Notes under the pieces: model-generated | Told to the model about the DNA's origin: nothing | Seen by the model: only the letters and a program-made list of their open reading frames with translations | The model's database searches: none | DNA from: Ministeria vibrans ATCC 50519 | Taxonomy: Eukaryota; Protista; Filasterea | NCBI GenBank assembly: GCA_943704425.1 | Contig: CALSCP010001092.1 | Location: forward strand, 1-53,659 | Reading direction: 5' to 3' | DNA: 53,659 nucleotides | Shown here: positions 35,220 through 49,899 of the stretch, piece after piece | Layout: the number at the start of each line of letters is the position of its first letter | Position numbering within the stretch: the first letter of the stretch is position 1 | Translations under genes and position numbers: made by a program

Positions 35220-38200
35220 ATGGGGAATTTTGAGATTCCCGAAGATTTCGAGCAGCGCTGGTGCGCTGAGCTTAAACGGCACGACGCTGCCTTGCAGACG
35301 ACCGAAGGGATCATGGTGCATCTTGAGGCTGAGTTTGGCGTGTCGTGCTGCGAGCGGCACATCGCGGCGGACCAGGCCAAAGACGTCCTGAGCCTGCTCG
35401 CCATCTGTCGCATTCTTGATGTGACGCCCCAGACGATGCGCGACCAGCTCCACCGCGGCATGCCCAGAGTCAAGGAGATTATGTTGTGTTTTGACATGAC
35501 TCACATGACTGACGTCGAGGAACTGCGCCGCTTTATCTCGTCCATTTGGCCGGATGACAGCGATAACATTGACAACATTGACAATGGTGTCGTCGTTCCT
35601 GCTGCTGCTGGTGGTGGTGGTGGTGGTGGTACTGCTGCTGCTGTCATTGACGCGCCCGGCTTTGAACCTGGCGCCATCGCTTTGGCCTTCATGGACGACA
35701 CATTTTCTGCGGCACTCGACACGATCCTCGTCGACCCTGACAACGCTCAGCAAATTCCGTCGCTCCTTCTCCCTCCAAACTGCCCACTGCCACCTGGTAC
35801 GAACCAGCATATTTGCACGCTGAGCAATGAAGCCAGATTGGCTCTCGTCGTTGTCGGCATGCTCATTCAGCACATTCCGTCACTGACGCTTGAATGCTTC
35901 CTCGACACCGCGTACGAGGAGCTTTGGGCAGACACTGACGCTACGACACTCCTTCAAAACTGTGGTGTCAATTCACTGGCCGAGTTGCGTAACATGCTCA
36001 TCCCTTTCAAGCTGACGACGAGTTCGCTCCCGCGCGATCCCGTTCTGTTGGCCATTCTCGGAGACGACTACCTTCTCGAGACCAACATTTGCACACCCGA
36101 CGACATTGTGAACATGGCGGCTCGCGACTTTGCCACATTTAAAAGGACTTTGCAACGCCTTCACATGCAGCCTAAAGCGTACGTCATCATCGACACCACG
36201 ATCAACAAGCCTATGTTGGTTGGGGATCTCGGCAAGGTCATGGACTGCGCTCAGAAACTGGTCGAGCTGTCGAGACTCCACCAGGCCACAGGCCGACTAA
36301 TCGATGCGCTTGTCGACGGCCAGGCGACCCTCAATGACATTGAAGTACTTCTTGAGACGCACCGCGAGACTTTCATGGCATCCTACAACCCCAGTGCTAC
36401 GCAAGTGTTTGCCCCCTGCTACGCCACGCTGGACGACGCTCACGCCGACGAGGGTAATCGCAAGCTCGAACACCAGCTCCATCTCTTGCTTCACCTCGAT
36501 CACCACACGGACCAACTTTGCGCGCTCCAGCAAGACATTGGCAGTCAAGTCAACGACGAGGTGGAGGTCACACTCGCGCGCGTCACCTCCCGCCTGCGTC
36601 CCCCCGCTGACCACCGCATCAAGGGCGTCGTGTGCACCGACTCCAGCCTACTCGGTGCCGCCTACACAACCGTCTTTAACAGCAGCACCGTCAGAGGCAT
36701 GCCTCCCGCCCCGTCTCCTCCCTGCCCGCTCCTGGACGTTGTCGAAATTGGCCTGTCGCTCGACCGTGACTACTTCACTCGCCCTGCAAACGAGGCAAGC
36801 TTGTTATACGACGCCAAGATCTGCCCGGTGGTGGTTATGGGTGGTGGCGTTGAGGGCGGCGATGTGGCATTCAGTGCACGCTCGCTTGGCCGTCGAGCCG
36901 GCATGGGCACGCAACAGTCCAACATCGAGCTGCTTCACGTGCAGGTCGACGAGGCCATCGGGTGCATCGAGCGGAAAGGCTGCACCGCCGAGCCTAACGA
37001 TCGCGATTGGGTCGAGGAGATTAAACGCATTCTCCAACGCGGCATCTCTGTTCCCTTTCTCAACGTGGCCCTTACGAACCCTTCTCGTTCTGGCGACTGG
37101 ATCGTGTTGCCCTGCAGCCCTTGCGAAATGTACGTCAACAAGCGACCCTTTTGGCGTGTCGCGCTTCTCATGCGTCCCCGCATCAAACACGTTGAAGAGG
37201 ACGTGATCGAGCTACGACGTCTTGTGCTCGACCGCCTCTCGCCGGGCTTTCTCGAGCCGGGTCGCGTCCTTGCGCAAATGATCAAGTTTCTCGCGACGGA
37301 GCGTCAACTGGCTCCTTCGCACACCCAACCGACACCCGAGCACGTTCGAGCCACCATGGGCACTGCCGAGTTTGAGGCGCTTCTGGGCACCATCAGTGGC
37401 AAACTAATTTGCTCCCCGATGTTTCGCACGCTCCACCAGGCCGTCGTTGCCATCTGGTCCGCGCGTCTTGGCATTGACCGCGCCGTCAGCCAGCCGCTCA
37501 TGTTTCCCGAGGACAAGGTCAAGGAGGCCTACCTCGACACGGTCAGCGGTTCTACCCTGCCCTGCGTGCTCATCGAGGAGTCACACATGGCCACGCTGCG
37601 TTGGTACATCAAGCAGAGTGGCCGTCCGACACCGAGCGAGCTGATTGAGGCTCGCTCCTTTGACAAGTTCCTGGACACTCTTAGCGAGCGCAAGTACTGC
37701 TCGATTCCTTCCGAGATGATCGTCACCTTCTCCGAGGACATCACTAGTGCCCATCTCAATCGCATGTTCCTCTTCCTCAGCGGCGTCTTCAACGCGCGCA
37801 TCTTTGTCACGCTCACTCCGCACCTTCTCGGTCTCATCCACGATGTCGATGTTCCCGAGCAGATCCTCAAGTGGTCGTCGTTGACGCACCAGGGTAATAC
37901 TACTGTGCGTACGGCGTATGACGATGCGCAGACCTTCAGCAGCGTGCTCACTGTGACCCCTCTGTCCAAACACGAGGTGGCACAGCTCGATGACGATTCT
38001 AGTCCGCTTGCCAGCGCGCTCTGGTCGCGTTTGGAGCACCGCCTTCATCGTGTCAGCGACGAGTCGATTGTCAAGAGTCTCTCCTCGTGGATCACGAGTA
38101 AGCTTAAGCTTCAGACTGGCATGAGCCAGTCGACCCTCGTGCTGCTCACGGTTGACCAGCAGTATGTGCACACGCTCATCGACAAGCTTCAGCAGACACT

Positions 38201-41200
38201 TCGAGGGAGCGCCAATCACGTTGACATTGTTGACCCTACGTTGCAGGCCATCAATTCTCTCGCCTCCTATGCAGGTTCATCCGTCCGCGTTGTATTCTCC
38301 GCCGATCGTCTCAGCACGGACACGAAGAAACGTCTGTGTATGCGCGCACCGGGCGCCGCCGTTGTCCATTACGTCTTTGTGTCACAGTCTCGAGTGCCCT
38401 CTGACATACTCTTGCCAAATGTGTTCATTCTCGAATTGGACACTAGTATCGCCACCCTTTCCCAGTCGATATCTCTGGCCAAGGCCGGCACCGCTGCGTC
38501 TGTCTCGACTACCAACAACAACAACAACAACAACAAGAGTGGTGGCTCATTGGGCGTTGGAAATGTCGCAAGTAGTCGTGCCGATCCGCGTCGCATGCTT
38601 GCCATTCATCTTGTGTTTGGCTCTGTTGTGCGTCTTTCCTTGCTCTACTCGCTGGACGACCAGGAGGCGTTGCTCGCGCATCTGTCTGCTGCAACACAGA
38701 GCGTGTCTGTGTCAGCATCCAGGGTGTTCCTTGACGAACTCATGAAGCTATGCATCCAAGATTCACTTGCGTTTGTCGACGAACACCTCTTTAAACTCAA
38801 CGTGCGCGAAGAGACCCGCATTCGCCGTCTCGCTCGTATCATCTTCCTCTGTGCGACCGTCGCTATTGCGAAAGATGTCGAACCCATCAGCTTTGAGGCA
38901 TTCCTTGCGGACCCCGCCTGTCAGGTGCGCTCCTTCGACGCCCGTGTCCTTCTCTACCTCTACTACCTTCGTCGCTTTCTTTCCGTCTACTACCCCAAAG
39001 CGGTGTTTGTCACTGACGACGAAACATTTTCATGGTCCGCCGTACTCCCTCCCTCGGCGCATCTTGTCGACTCCGTCGTGTTGCTCAACTTTTTCACTGG
39101 CGATCCCTGTTCGTCGAGTTACCGGGCAACACCACGCGGCGCTGTCTTGACCGGCTCGCAAGAAGACCAGTACGCAAACCTGGCCGCTCGTCACCTGTCG
39201 CTGCCCTGGTCGCGAGTGAGCCGCGACGCTGCATTCCCATCGACGATGCATGTGCTTGAAAAGGTTCTGTGGGCATCGGTTGAGCCGGTCAAGGTGCTCG
39301 CCTGTTGCCTCAGCTCGTCGCTTTGCAACTGGGGCTCGAGTTTGCACATTGGCTCGCTGACGACTACTCGCTGCCAGGGTATGCCCGCGTCGCCCGAGCT
39401 CACACGCCTTGCCTGGAGCTTTGCCGGCATTGTTGCCTTCCTCACCGATCCCACAGCAGTCGCACCCGTTGCAGAGTCCTTCATGCGGCACTCAGCTGTG
39501 ATCAAGTTTATCATGGCACTGAATGGCGCAGTGGTCTTAGAAATAGCCAAGATTCTGCAGCAGTCCGAGGCGCTTCTGAAGCAGGCGCTACGCTTCACCA
39601 GCGTCGATTTTGACATTCTGCTGTCTCTGGGCATTCACTTTTCGCTCGAGATGCTTGAGGTGCTCCCGCTCGACATGAAGATTATGCTCATTGCAATGGA
39701 CGTGGGCCTTGCCGCTAACCCCTTCACAACTCAAAGTGGGTTGTCCATGTTCCTCGCGCGCAGTGAGTCTACTGGACTCCTTGACGGCACCGACAACTCA
39801 CCAACGACCGAGACGCGTGTCGAAGTGGGCTCGGCTCTCATCGAGTTTCTCCTCAACGACATGGCGACGCCCAACGACGCGACACACAAGCAGAGTTTGC
39901 TGCGCCATCCTTTTGCCACAACGCTGCGCCAGATCATGATCAGTCCTGACTCAATCCTTCAGTTTCTCGGCGAGGGTGACAACGATGACGCGATCGAACC
40001 CTACGCTTGGTGTTCCAATGATAAGTTTGACGTCGAAGCGGCGCAAATTTTGTCAACGGAGAGTATCAGCGAGGAAGAGGCGCATAATGCCAGTTTGACA
40101 CTTGGGGAGCTTCCTTCATTTGGTGTGTGGTGTGCGCTCACCCCCGACTCGTTTGGCTTGCTCTTTTCGCTGTGCACCAGCGAGTCTCAGGTGGTTTTTT
40201 GCCTCGGCATGTTGGCACGCGTCTCGTTCGCAAAAGAGTACTCAGAGGCACGCCTTGACAAAGTTCTCAGCCATGCACTTCAGGCGGTGCAGCCCTCGTC
40301 GTCGACCGACTTTGAGCTTGTTTGCCTGCTCAGCCAGCAACATCCCGGTGAGCTCCTGGCGCCCGTTGTTGCCTCCTTTCATCGGCTCTTCCGCTCTCCT
40401 GTTGAAGAGGACTGCATTGACGTGAACGCAGACATTACGACAACCCTTTTGCATTTTTGCAACGCGCGTCTCTCCCTGACGTTGCAATCGTTGCTCACCA
40501 AAAACATCAAGCTCTTCTCCGACGCACAGCAACCTGTGCCCGTCGAGTACTTTGACTTTGCCATGGCGGCGCTTCTCGAGCAACTTACGGACGCCGAGGT
40601 GGGCTTCCCGTTCACTAAGGACAATGTCGACAGCGTCACGTCACGCATGAAGCAGCTCATGCTTCTCCTGACACCCCTTGGCTTTCAGCGAGTACAGCAG
40701 ACAATCCAGAGCTCGGAGAACATGCTGACGACCCATCGCGGTCTGCTCCTCATCGCCTGGCTGCGCGAGCCCATGTTCAACATTGAGCTTGACGACACCC
40801 TTGTTGAGAGTCTCGATGCGATTCTGAACACCGCCGCGACCGCCGACTTTGTCGACCATGTTCATAAAGCACCCACAGTCGTGTGTTCTTTGGCGCAGTA
40901 CCTCGTCATGCCCGAGCTTCTCAGCACCACCAGCTGCAACCACTTCAACAAAATATTCAAGCGCAGCCAGATTCCCGTCGACATTTTTGTCGTGACGCAG
41001 CGTCGCACGCTTATCTACCCGCCTTACGTGCTGCTCGTTTCCCATCGCGAAGTGCCGGCGGAACAGGCGGAGCTCATTCTTGATACGATCACAGTGAATG
41101 AGTGGGAGGATTCGACTACGCTTACACCGGGCTTTGCCGACCTCTCCTTTGATCAGCAACTCAAGTGCTTCCGCCTCGACATTGACTCGGGATTGCACCA

Positions 41201-44200
41201 ACAGTCTATTGTGACCAATCTCAAGGCACTACGACACATCCGCACGCTCAAGATGATTGAGGTGAACGGACACGAGGAGGCGGATCCTCTTGCGGATCGC
41301 ACCGGTCGCATGCTGGCCAACGTCGTGTGGACGTGGTTTCGCTGCTGGGGCGCCACCTTTGCGTTATTGGAGCGCTTTATTGTGCGTCACACGAAGGAAA
41401 AGTCGGGCTATTTGGTGGATCTGGTCGAGCCCATGCTGCAAAACTATTCGGTGGAGATTGGCGATGCGGCGTCGCACTTTCCCCTGCCAGCTCTCATTGA
41501 CACCACTCCCGTGCTGCCTAGCATCACAACACTGGCGGGCACCACAGTTGAGGATGTGCGCTACACACTGGCGCGCTTCAACGCGCTCATCAATCGCTGC
41601 CCTCCATCCGAGGATCGCCAAAGACTTCTTGGTAATGTCACGAGCGCTATGGTGGCGAGCACCAAAGAGAATGCAAACATGCCGAGCGCCGAGTTGAACT
41701 CTTCTCGTTTGCGCATCTGCGCCGAATACCTCAAGTGCGTCACACGCGAGTTTGGCGCTGTCGTTGCCAAGGACGCGTGTCAAATCTATCGTGAGGGTCA
41801 GGAGATTCGTGAGCCGGCCAACCTCAGGGTGCAGCGCGCCTACGACCTCAAAGAGCTGCAGCACGTGCTCACTCCCTTCGTACTGCTTCTTCGTCAGCTC
41901 ACGGCCATTGACGATCTCACCTCTGCGGCGATCCGCATTGACGACGTCCTGAGCAACTTCGTTTCGAGTGCTAGAGATACCATTGAGCGAGACGAGAGCG
42001 ATGTCACCGTCAAGGAGGTGTGCCAAGCGATTCTCTATCGTGCCGTCGCGAGTGTCATTGGCGTCTCCTCGTGCTCCACCAACAACCACTGGCTCATTTG
42101 CCGATTTCACTCGGTCTATGTGGAAAAACACATGTGTCAGTGTCGCCTGACACTCAACGAGCACAACTGGGCCAACAACAAAGACTTCCTGCCTATCGAC
42201 ACGTCCCTCGGCCCCCTGCGCTTCTCGGCCAACGGATCGCCGGGCGTGGAGTGTAACAAGCGCATGATTCGCAGCGATCCCGGCATGGCGGTGCTCACGC
42301 CACATATTGTGAAACAATTCACTTCCAGGACGATGCATTCTACTCGCGCTCAGTCGATCAACCGTGACACCTTTGCTGATACGGCGCCTCCGCGCAACAG
42401 TCGGAGCAAGGCGGAGTCCGTCTATAAGGAAACTTTTTCGAGTCCCGTTGACCCCGCTGCAGCTGCAGCCGCGGCGGCCTCCCCCGCCTCAACGTTTACG
42501 ACAGAGGCTGAGGGTGACAGTGTGTTCTTCACGGCATCCACTGACCTTGTTGACGAAGGGAATCGTACTCGTGGTGGCCTGAGTGTCGTCAGTGGTGTAG
42601 GTAGTTCCGAGCATCACACTGACGAGCACATTGCTCTGGTGCGAAAGCTCATTGAGGCTGGCGAAGGACTTGTCTTTGACTGTTCCGAGGTGGTCAAGTG
42701 TGACTTTGACACAATTGACAACATTCGCTATGCGACAATTTACGTTCCTAACGGCGGCTCCATCTTTCTCACGCACAACCGCAGCAACAACAACATGACG
42801 TACTGGTCGCTGACGGCGACACCCAGGGCGCATCCCGGCACCGTCGTCAAGCGCGAATTCTCGTCGCACTCGGACGCCTGGGGCTTTCTCTGCGACATGT
42901 CCAACAAGAGCGTGCTGGTGCTGGGCGAGTGTCTTCTGCGCAAACAGCACGGCTCGTTTGTGCCCTTCACCTTTGACTGGAAGTCGGTGCGCAAGACGTT
43001 CATCATGTTTACGGAGAGTCGCAATCTGCTGGGCCACCAGAATCTGCTGCGCGAAAGCGCGTGGTGTCTGCTCGACAAAATGTGTCACCTTTTGATGGCA
43101 CAGTTTGTGCCCGAGGGTGCGCACAAGGCGCTATTCAGTGACTCCGAGATGGTCTCGTCGTTCATTCGCCACGTGTACTACCCACACTTGAGCAAAACTA
43201 CCGTGGCCATACAGCAGCGTAAATCTTTCGACAAACTCATGATCACGATCATGAGATACACGGTGATGGCGCCGCTTATTTCCAAGTCACTTCGACTCGT
43301 TGCGCAGTATGTCTACTCGCACCTGAGCACCGGACAGAACACGGTGAACATTATTACTCGCGAGCAGCTGCGCGCAGGCTCTGCCGATGTGTGGCGCAAC
43401 ATTACTGACACACTCCACACATCTTGTGATTGTGTCGACGATGACTCGGCGCTCACGTCGCTTGTCGAGTGCTACGCTATGTACCGAAGAGGTGCCCGGA
43501 TTAACGCCGCCGATCAAGCTGCCACACTCTCGACAAATGTCTTTAAGACCTTTCTGAACATTCTCAAGACCATCAGCGACGGTGCGCAGGAAGAGACTGA
43601 TCCCGTGGACGCACTGATTGGCTTTGCCCGTGTGCAACGCAGAGAATGTGGTGGGCTTCCCGGTCTTGAGCTACTCACGTCTGACCTGAGTGTGTTGCAA
43701 ACACTGATGCAGACGGTGGACGCGGCGATTCTGAGCGTGGGTGGCGTCAGCGACGGACTAATGGTGCCCCGACTTTTGTTTGCAGAGTTTCGCGAGCATC
43801 TTCTTGAGCGACTTCCCATCATCACTGTCAATGACCGCATTCAGCTGTTCCGTCTGTTCCAGCGCAAGGTGCTTCCGACGGCGCTTCAAGTTCAGACTGC
43901 GATTTTATATACGGGGGTCGCGGATCCTCATGAGGAACTTGATGAGTGGGCCGCACGCCAAGTGTTTTATCAGTTGCAATTGGCTGGCGATGGTGCGGCT
44001 GCTGCTCCTGTAGCCGCCCAATTGCACCCTGCGCCACCGCTGCCCGGTGTGGTGCTTGAGCTGGTGACTGCACTGAGAGAGCTACCTACGCACGACGCGG
44101 CCAATGCGGCAACGCTGGGAAATGCCGTCAATGTCGACGTCCTCGACGCCATGTCGCCCGAAGTGCTTCGGGCACGACTGGCGCTGCGTGAGCGTGTACG

Positions 44201-44830
44201 CGAGGACAGCAACGTGTTCTCCAAGGGGGGTGAGATTGGAGCGGACGACAGCGGCGACGGCTACAACGACGGTCTGGTGATCACGCTGTTGTCGGCGCAA
44301 GCACGCGTGCCCATCACGTACGCCATGTTCCAGAGCCGTCATGAGATTCAGCAGCTTGAGGTGAAGGACGACTGTAAGCGACAGCGCGCCGTGCTCGGCT
44401 TTCTGTTTGGCAAGATCACACTGCCACAGCCGGAGCAGACCCTTGGCTTGGAGGTGTTGGGAGAGACGAAGCGGCTGCAGTCGTGGCGCAACTGGATGAT
44501 TCAGGTGATGCGTGCACCCTTGCGTAAGATTGTACAGAACACAGTCATGTCGATGATCCTCGACAATGACGCGGGTCAGGGCTTCGATCGGTTGGCACAG
44601 CCGTCCATGACCGAGCTGATTGCTCTGCATGCGCTCACCGAGCTCACGTTTGACCTGGACATGCCACAGCGCAGTCAAGTGCTGAAGCAGAGTCTCGGCT
44701 GTGTGCAACAAGTGCCCAACGAACGACTGCTTGCGCGAAAGGGTCACAAGTACGTTGTCAAACTCGCTCAAATTTTTATAGTGTATAGCGTTATTTTTAA
44801 GGATTGCTTTTTATAATAATAAGAATGATA

Positions 44831-44877
<47 letters not shown>

Positions 44878-47800
44878 CATATTGTTTCGTATTATTTTTA
44901 AATTATTATTATTATTATTATTATTGTAAAATTATTATAATTATTATTATTATTAATGTCTTCTTCTCTATTATTATTCATATGAAACTAATTAAATCTT
45001 TTCTCTGTCTGTTTGATAGGTACGGAATGGTTGTGCAGACACAGGCGGCTGGGCGTGACATTGCGTGGGAACTGCGAAAAAAGAACATCAATGTGGAGAG
45101 TCTGGACATGCGGGAGATGGCCGAGACTGCCGGAGTGACGGACGAGCTGCTATTCAACCGCATCATTGGAGGATTTGCGTCGGGCGCCGTCATTGTGGTC
45201 GTGCTCATTGACAACATGTCCAACAAGTGCTACAAGTGGTGCGCGGAGCACACGCGCAAGAACCCGTGGCGCTACATTTTCTTTGTGGGTCTTCATGTCC
45301 ATGCGTTGTTGCCGGAGAACATTGACCGCACAAGCTTTGTTGATGGCATGGGCGACATCAATCTCTTTCGCGCAAACAACCAAAACAACAGCACGGTGCA
45401 GATGAGTCTGGTGTCGCTTAAGCCCATTGAAAGTGTCGAAGATTTGCCGCTGCCTTTTGCCACCCACCTGTACCAGAGAGCGCCCGAGGAGCACGAGGTT
45501 GATGTGGACCCTGCCGCGGCAGTCAATGCGACGTACACACACGAAGAACTCAGGGCGAGCCCGGCTGTGCTGCAGCAGTTCTTCCGCTCACGACGCTTTG
45601 CGTCGAGCTACTCACGCGACTGGTTCAATCACGCGGGCGGGAACATTTCGTCGTCGGCTGACTTTGCGCTGGTGGGACCGCCGGGCATTGGCAAGACGTA
45701 TCTTCTGAATGAGCTGCTGCGCGAGCGAGTTGACCTGCCCAAGATGACTATTGACGCGAGTAGCGAGGACATGTGCAACCAGTCGCTTGAGGCGTTTGTG
45801 CAGGAGCAAGTGGATGTGCGTCGAGAGTTCAACAAGCCGCTGTTGGTGGTCATTGACGAGTCACATATGCTTGAAGTGGAGCGACTGCACATGCTGCTGG
45901 TGCTGTTGCGTCGCTACGAGATCAACGTGATGATTGTGCTCATTAGCAACCGCTTTGACCAGGAGCAGACGGAGCTGATCCACCAGCACTTTGAGAGTGG
46001 CATGGTGCTCAACTGTGGCAATGCCTTTGAGCGCCTCTCCACCGTCTTTGACGATGTGTGGGCGGGTGACCAACGCATGTGCAGCTTCTTTGAAGTGTTT
46101 GCTCGTGGACTGCGTCTGATTTTTGGCGAAGACATGTGGTCGTTCCGTCTGCTTGTCAACAAGAAGGGCACCATCCTTGAGTGGTACTCGCTGTACGGTG
46201 ACGGCCCAAATCACGAGCACTTCAGGCTGCTAGCGGAGATGCTCCAGAGCAAGGTGCCGCTGCAGTCGCGCTTCTTTCTGGAGACGGTCTGCCAGCAACT
46301 GTGGGAGTACTTCCTGGAGGCCCACCGGCTTGAGAGTTTGCACGCGGCTGTGGTGGAAAGGTTGCCTGATGTTGAGAACGGTGGTGTCTCGGTGGCGCGT
46401 GCGCTGGTGCACGCGGCCCTGACGGCGTCTCTTCACAATGCCGATACGGCATTGTCGTACCCAGAGTTTACACGACGCCTAGCACAGCCCTACTCGACGC
46501 ACGCCGCCGTCAAGATTGCAATGTGGATGCTGTACTGCTATGCGTTGTCGGACGCCTACATTGAGAATGCGCCGGTGTTTGTGGCGCATGTGGGCGGAGT
46601 GCTTGGTAGGTTGCACGATGCGTTTGCGGCGTGCGACGCGCCCGACACCTTCCCTCGTCTGGAGGTGACTGCGAGGCCGGGGAATGCACAGCCGCTGTCG
46701 AGTTGGACGCATAATGGTCATGTGCTGTGCCAGCGAGTCGACTACAGCGACTTGTGGGCCGTCAACAAGATTGTCGAGCGCGGCTTTGGCGTCGATCACG
46801 AGCGACTGCAGCAGGCGCTCAGGACGAACCCGCGCGTCGATCCGCAGCAGCTGATTCGACTGGCCGAACGACTGCCCTTTGTACTCACGCTCATGACGCC
46901 CGACCATTTGCGCGCACTGATGCTTATGCCGATAAGTCGGCAACACGGTTTGCACGAGCGCGTCTTTGTGTTTTTGCAGGGCAACGAAGTCGACGCACTG
47001 TCGCACCATCGTAAAAGCTCTTTTATGGTTGCGTCGTGGTTGCTGTACTGCGAGCGCCGGTGTCGCACAGAGCCACCTACAGTTGACGCTATTGGGCGAC
47101 TGATGTGGCATGTAGTGGTCGACGAGCACACGGTGGCCATCGACGTGACGGTCCTGTTTATCTGGGCAACCGACAATGCATATGATTTGTTGGGCTTCTC
47201 GTCACAGCCAACAAAGCTGTTTGCGTTGCTTAAGCAGGACCTGACAGCACTGAGCGCGCTGCTGGTGGAGCAAATGGGTGTAGTTGCGGTGATAACGGAG
47301 CAAACCGAAGCGAATGCGCGTGCTGAAAGTGCGCTTGTAGTGCTCTTCAGCGGACTATTTGCGCGTCTGGCGGGCCAGTGCTGCAAATCGTGGCAGGGCC
47401 ACCACGCACTCATTACAAGCTGCTACCCACCGCGCGCAAACTGGTCGCCGCTGCTGCAGCACATGAGCCACGCGTGGCACTGCCATCTCTCGCCCGACGG
47501 CGCCCTTCTCCTCGACAAGAACCCCGGCTTCTGGGAGTTTGTCAAGAATCTCCATCATGCTGTACAGTCCAACTGTAAGCCAATAATAATAATAATTGTA
47601 TTGTTGATTGACTTGATTCGTGATTTTTTTTTTGTATTTTTGATTATTATAATAATATTATTATTATTCTTCTTTGGCTTTTTGTATTGAATTTTGTGCC
47701 TCTGTCGATATTATTATTACTTTAATGCGCTCTGACTCACACTTGGACTCATTCAACTCTTGTTTATTGCTTTCTGGTGTAGATATCAAAGGGATTGTGA

Positions 47801-48804
47801 TGGTACGCGGTGGCTTCCTTCCATACTCGTGGCAGCTGAAGATTCTACAGTCGAGCGTGAGCGTGGGGGATGAGCTGGCGGACCATGTCTCGCGCTTCTC
47901 GTGGGCGCTGCGTCGGCTCAAGGGTGCCGCAGCGACCGAGCACAACCTGTCGATTCAGCTGCCGCAATCGAGTCTGTTTTACCAGTGTCTCAAGCGCTAC
48001 GAGGCCAAGCTGTTCCACGAGGTGAAGTTTGTGCGACACTTGGTGCTGGCGTTGGCGGACATGCCACCGCCCGTGCACTGTGTGTTTCTGATCGACACGA
48101 GCCACAGCATGCTGGGCAAAAAGCCTCGGCCGACGCACGAGGACTTCCGCAAGGGGAACCCGACGACCAACAATGCGGTGGGCTGTGTCTTTGAGAAGAT
48201 CCGTTTCTTTATCAATATGCGCGTCGACCTGGGCACCAACGATATGTTCAGCCTGGTCTTCTACAACACCGACGTGCACATGCCCGAAGAGAGTCTCTTT
48301 GTGCGCACTCCTGAACTCGCGCGCATCAACGACGTGCTTCGCAGCTACAAGGTGCAGCGCGGGCAAGGCACGAGCTTTGCACCCGCCCTGCACGCCGCGG
48401 CCGAGCAGCTCCAAAAGGGAGCGCAGCGTAACAACCACCTTCTGCCTGTGGTGCTGTTCCTCACGGACGGCGTGGATCCTCATCTCGTCGAGAGAGATCC
48501 GAGAACGGGAGAACTGATGGTCCCACCACCCAGTCATGATATTCTGAAGAAAATTAATTGTTCATCGCGAACCTTGCTGGGCAGACTCGTGACCAGGCCG
48601 ACGGTTTTTCCCGTGTACTTCCAGACATGCGAGGGAGCGGAGCTGGTTGAGTACAGTGTGGGCATGCTGCGCGCGGTCACCAGGGCCTTTACGAAGATGG
48701 ACGACGAGGACGACGAGGACGACGTGACTGTCTTGTCGGCGACGAGCAACGAGGAACTTGAGACGAGTTTCAAGTCGATTGCAGCGGATTTGGCGAACAA
48801 GTAA
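35220..48804 (+). CDS. Giant AAA+/P-loop NTPase-like protein B with C-terminal vWA (MIDAS) domain (~4,368 aa)
   Basis: Exons 35220-44749, 45020-47574, 47783-48804 (GT-AG, phase-consistent, 13,107 nt); an upstream exon is possible. Walker A GPPGIGKT (~45675-45698), Walker B VVIDESH (~45846-45866), ISNR, WSFRLL. vWA motifs VFLIDTSHSM, GTSFAPAL, VLFLTDG. Confidence 0.87.
44830..44956. repeat. (TTA)n-rich tract in intron 1 of giant gene B
   Basis: Interrupted trinucleotide runs. Confidence 0.9.
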
Positions 48805-49066
48805 ATTCAATTATTGTGAAATCTGTGAAAATGCAAAATGATTCTGCAATGATTATGAAAATCAATAATAATAATTATTATTATTTATAAATTAACCAGA
48901 AGAAGAATACAGCCCATTTAATAATGATACAGTCACGCCAGACCGCCTTGCAAACTCCAGGGGTAACATGGGAGAACAGAGGCAGGTCGAAGTGCTGTGT
49001 CGTCACTATCCAGTGAGGCAATCGCAATGGTACGCCATACCCTCAGTGGGGGCTTGGGGCTCTGAC

Positions 49067-49590
<524 letters not shown>

Positions 49591-49899
49591 GAAGTGTACT
49601 GAAGGAAAAGAAATAATAGGGAAAGAGTAATGCATAATTATATGCAATACTTTATATTTCTGGTTGTGCCATAGATAACACCAAAACGAGGTTTATAACT
49701 GATTAATAATAATAAGAAGAAGAAGAATAATACAACCCATTTATTAATGATACAGTCACCACGCGAAGACACAGAATAAGAAGAAGAAGAAGAATACAAG
49801 AATATAATAATAATAATTTAATGAGAGATCAATTTTCTAACTACTGTCAACAATTCAATTTTTTCTCCGGTACACACGTCGAAAACTACGGTTGACTTG

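Noticed and set aside
35220-48804. Midasin (MDN1/Rea1) ortholog
   Set aside because: Size and C-terminal vWA fit, but there is no N-terminal six-AAA ring and no long D/E-rich region; the only intact P-loop is near the C-terminus.
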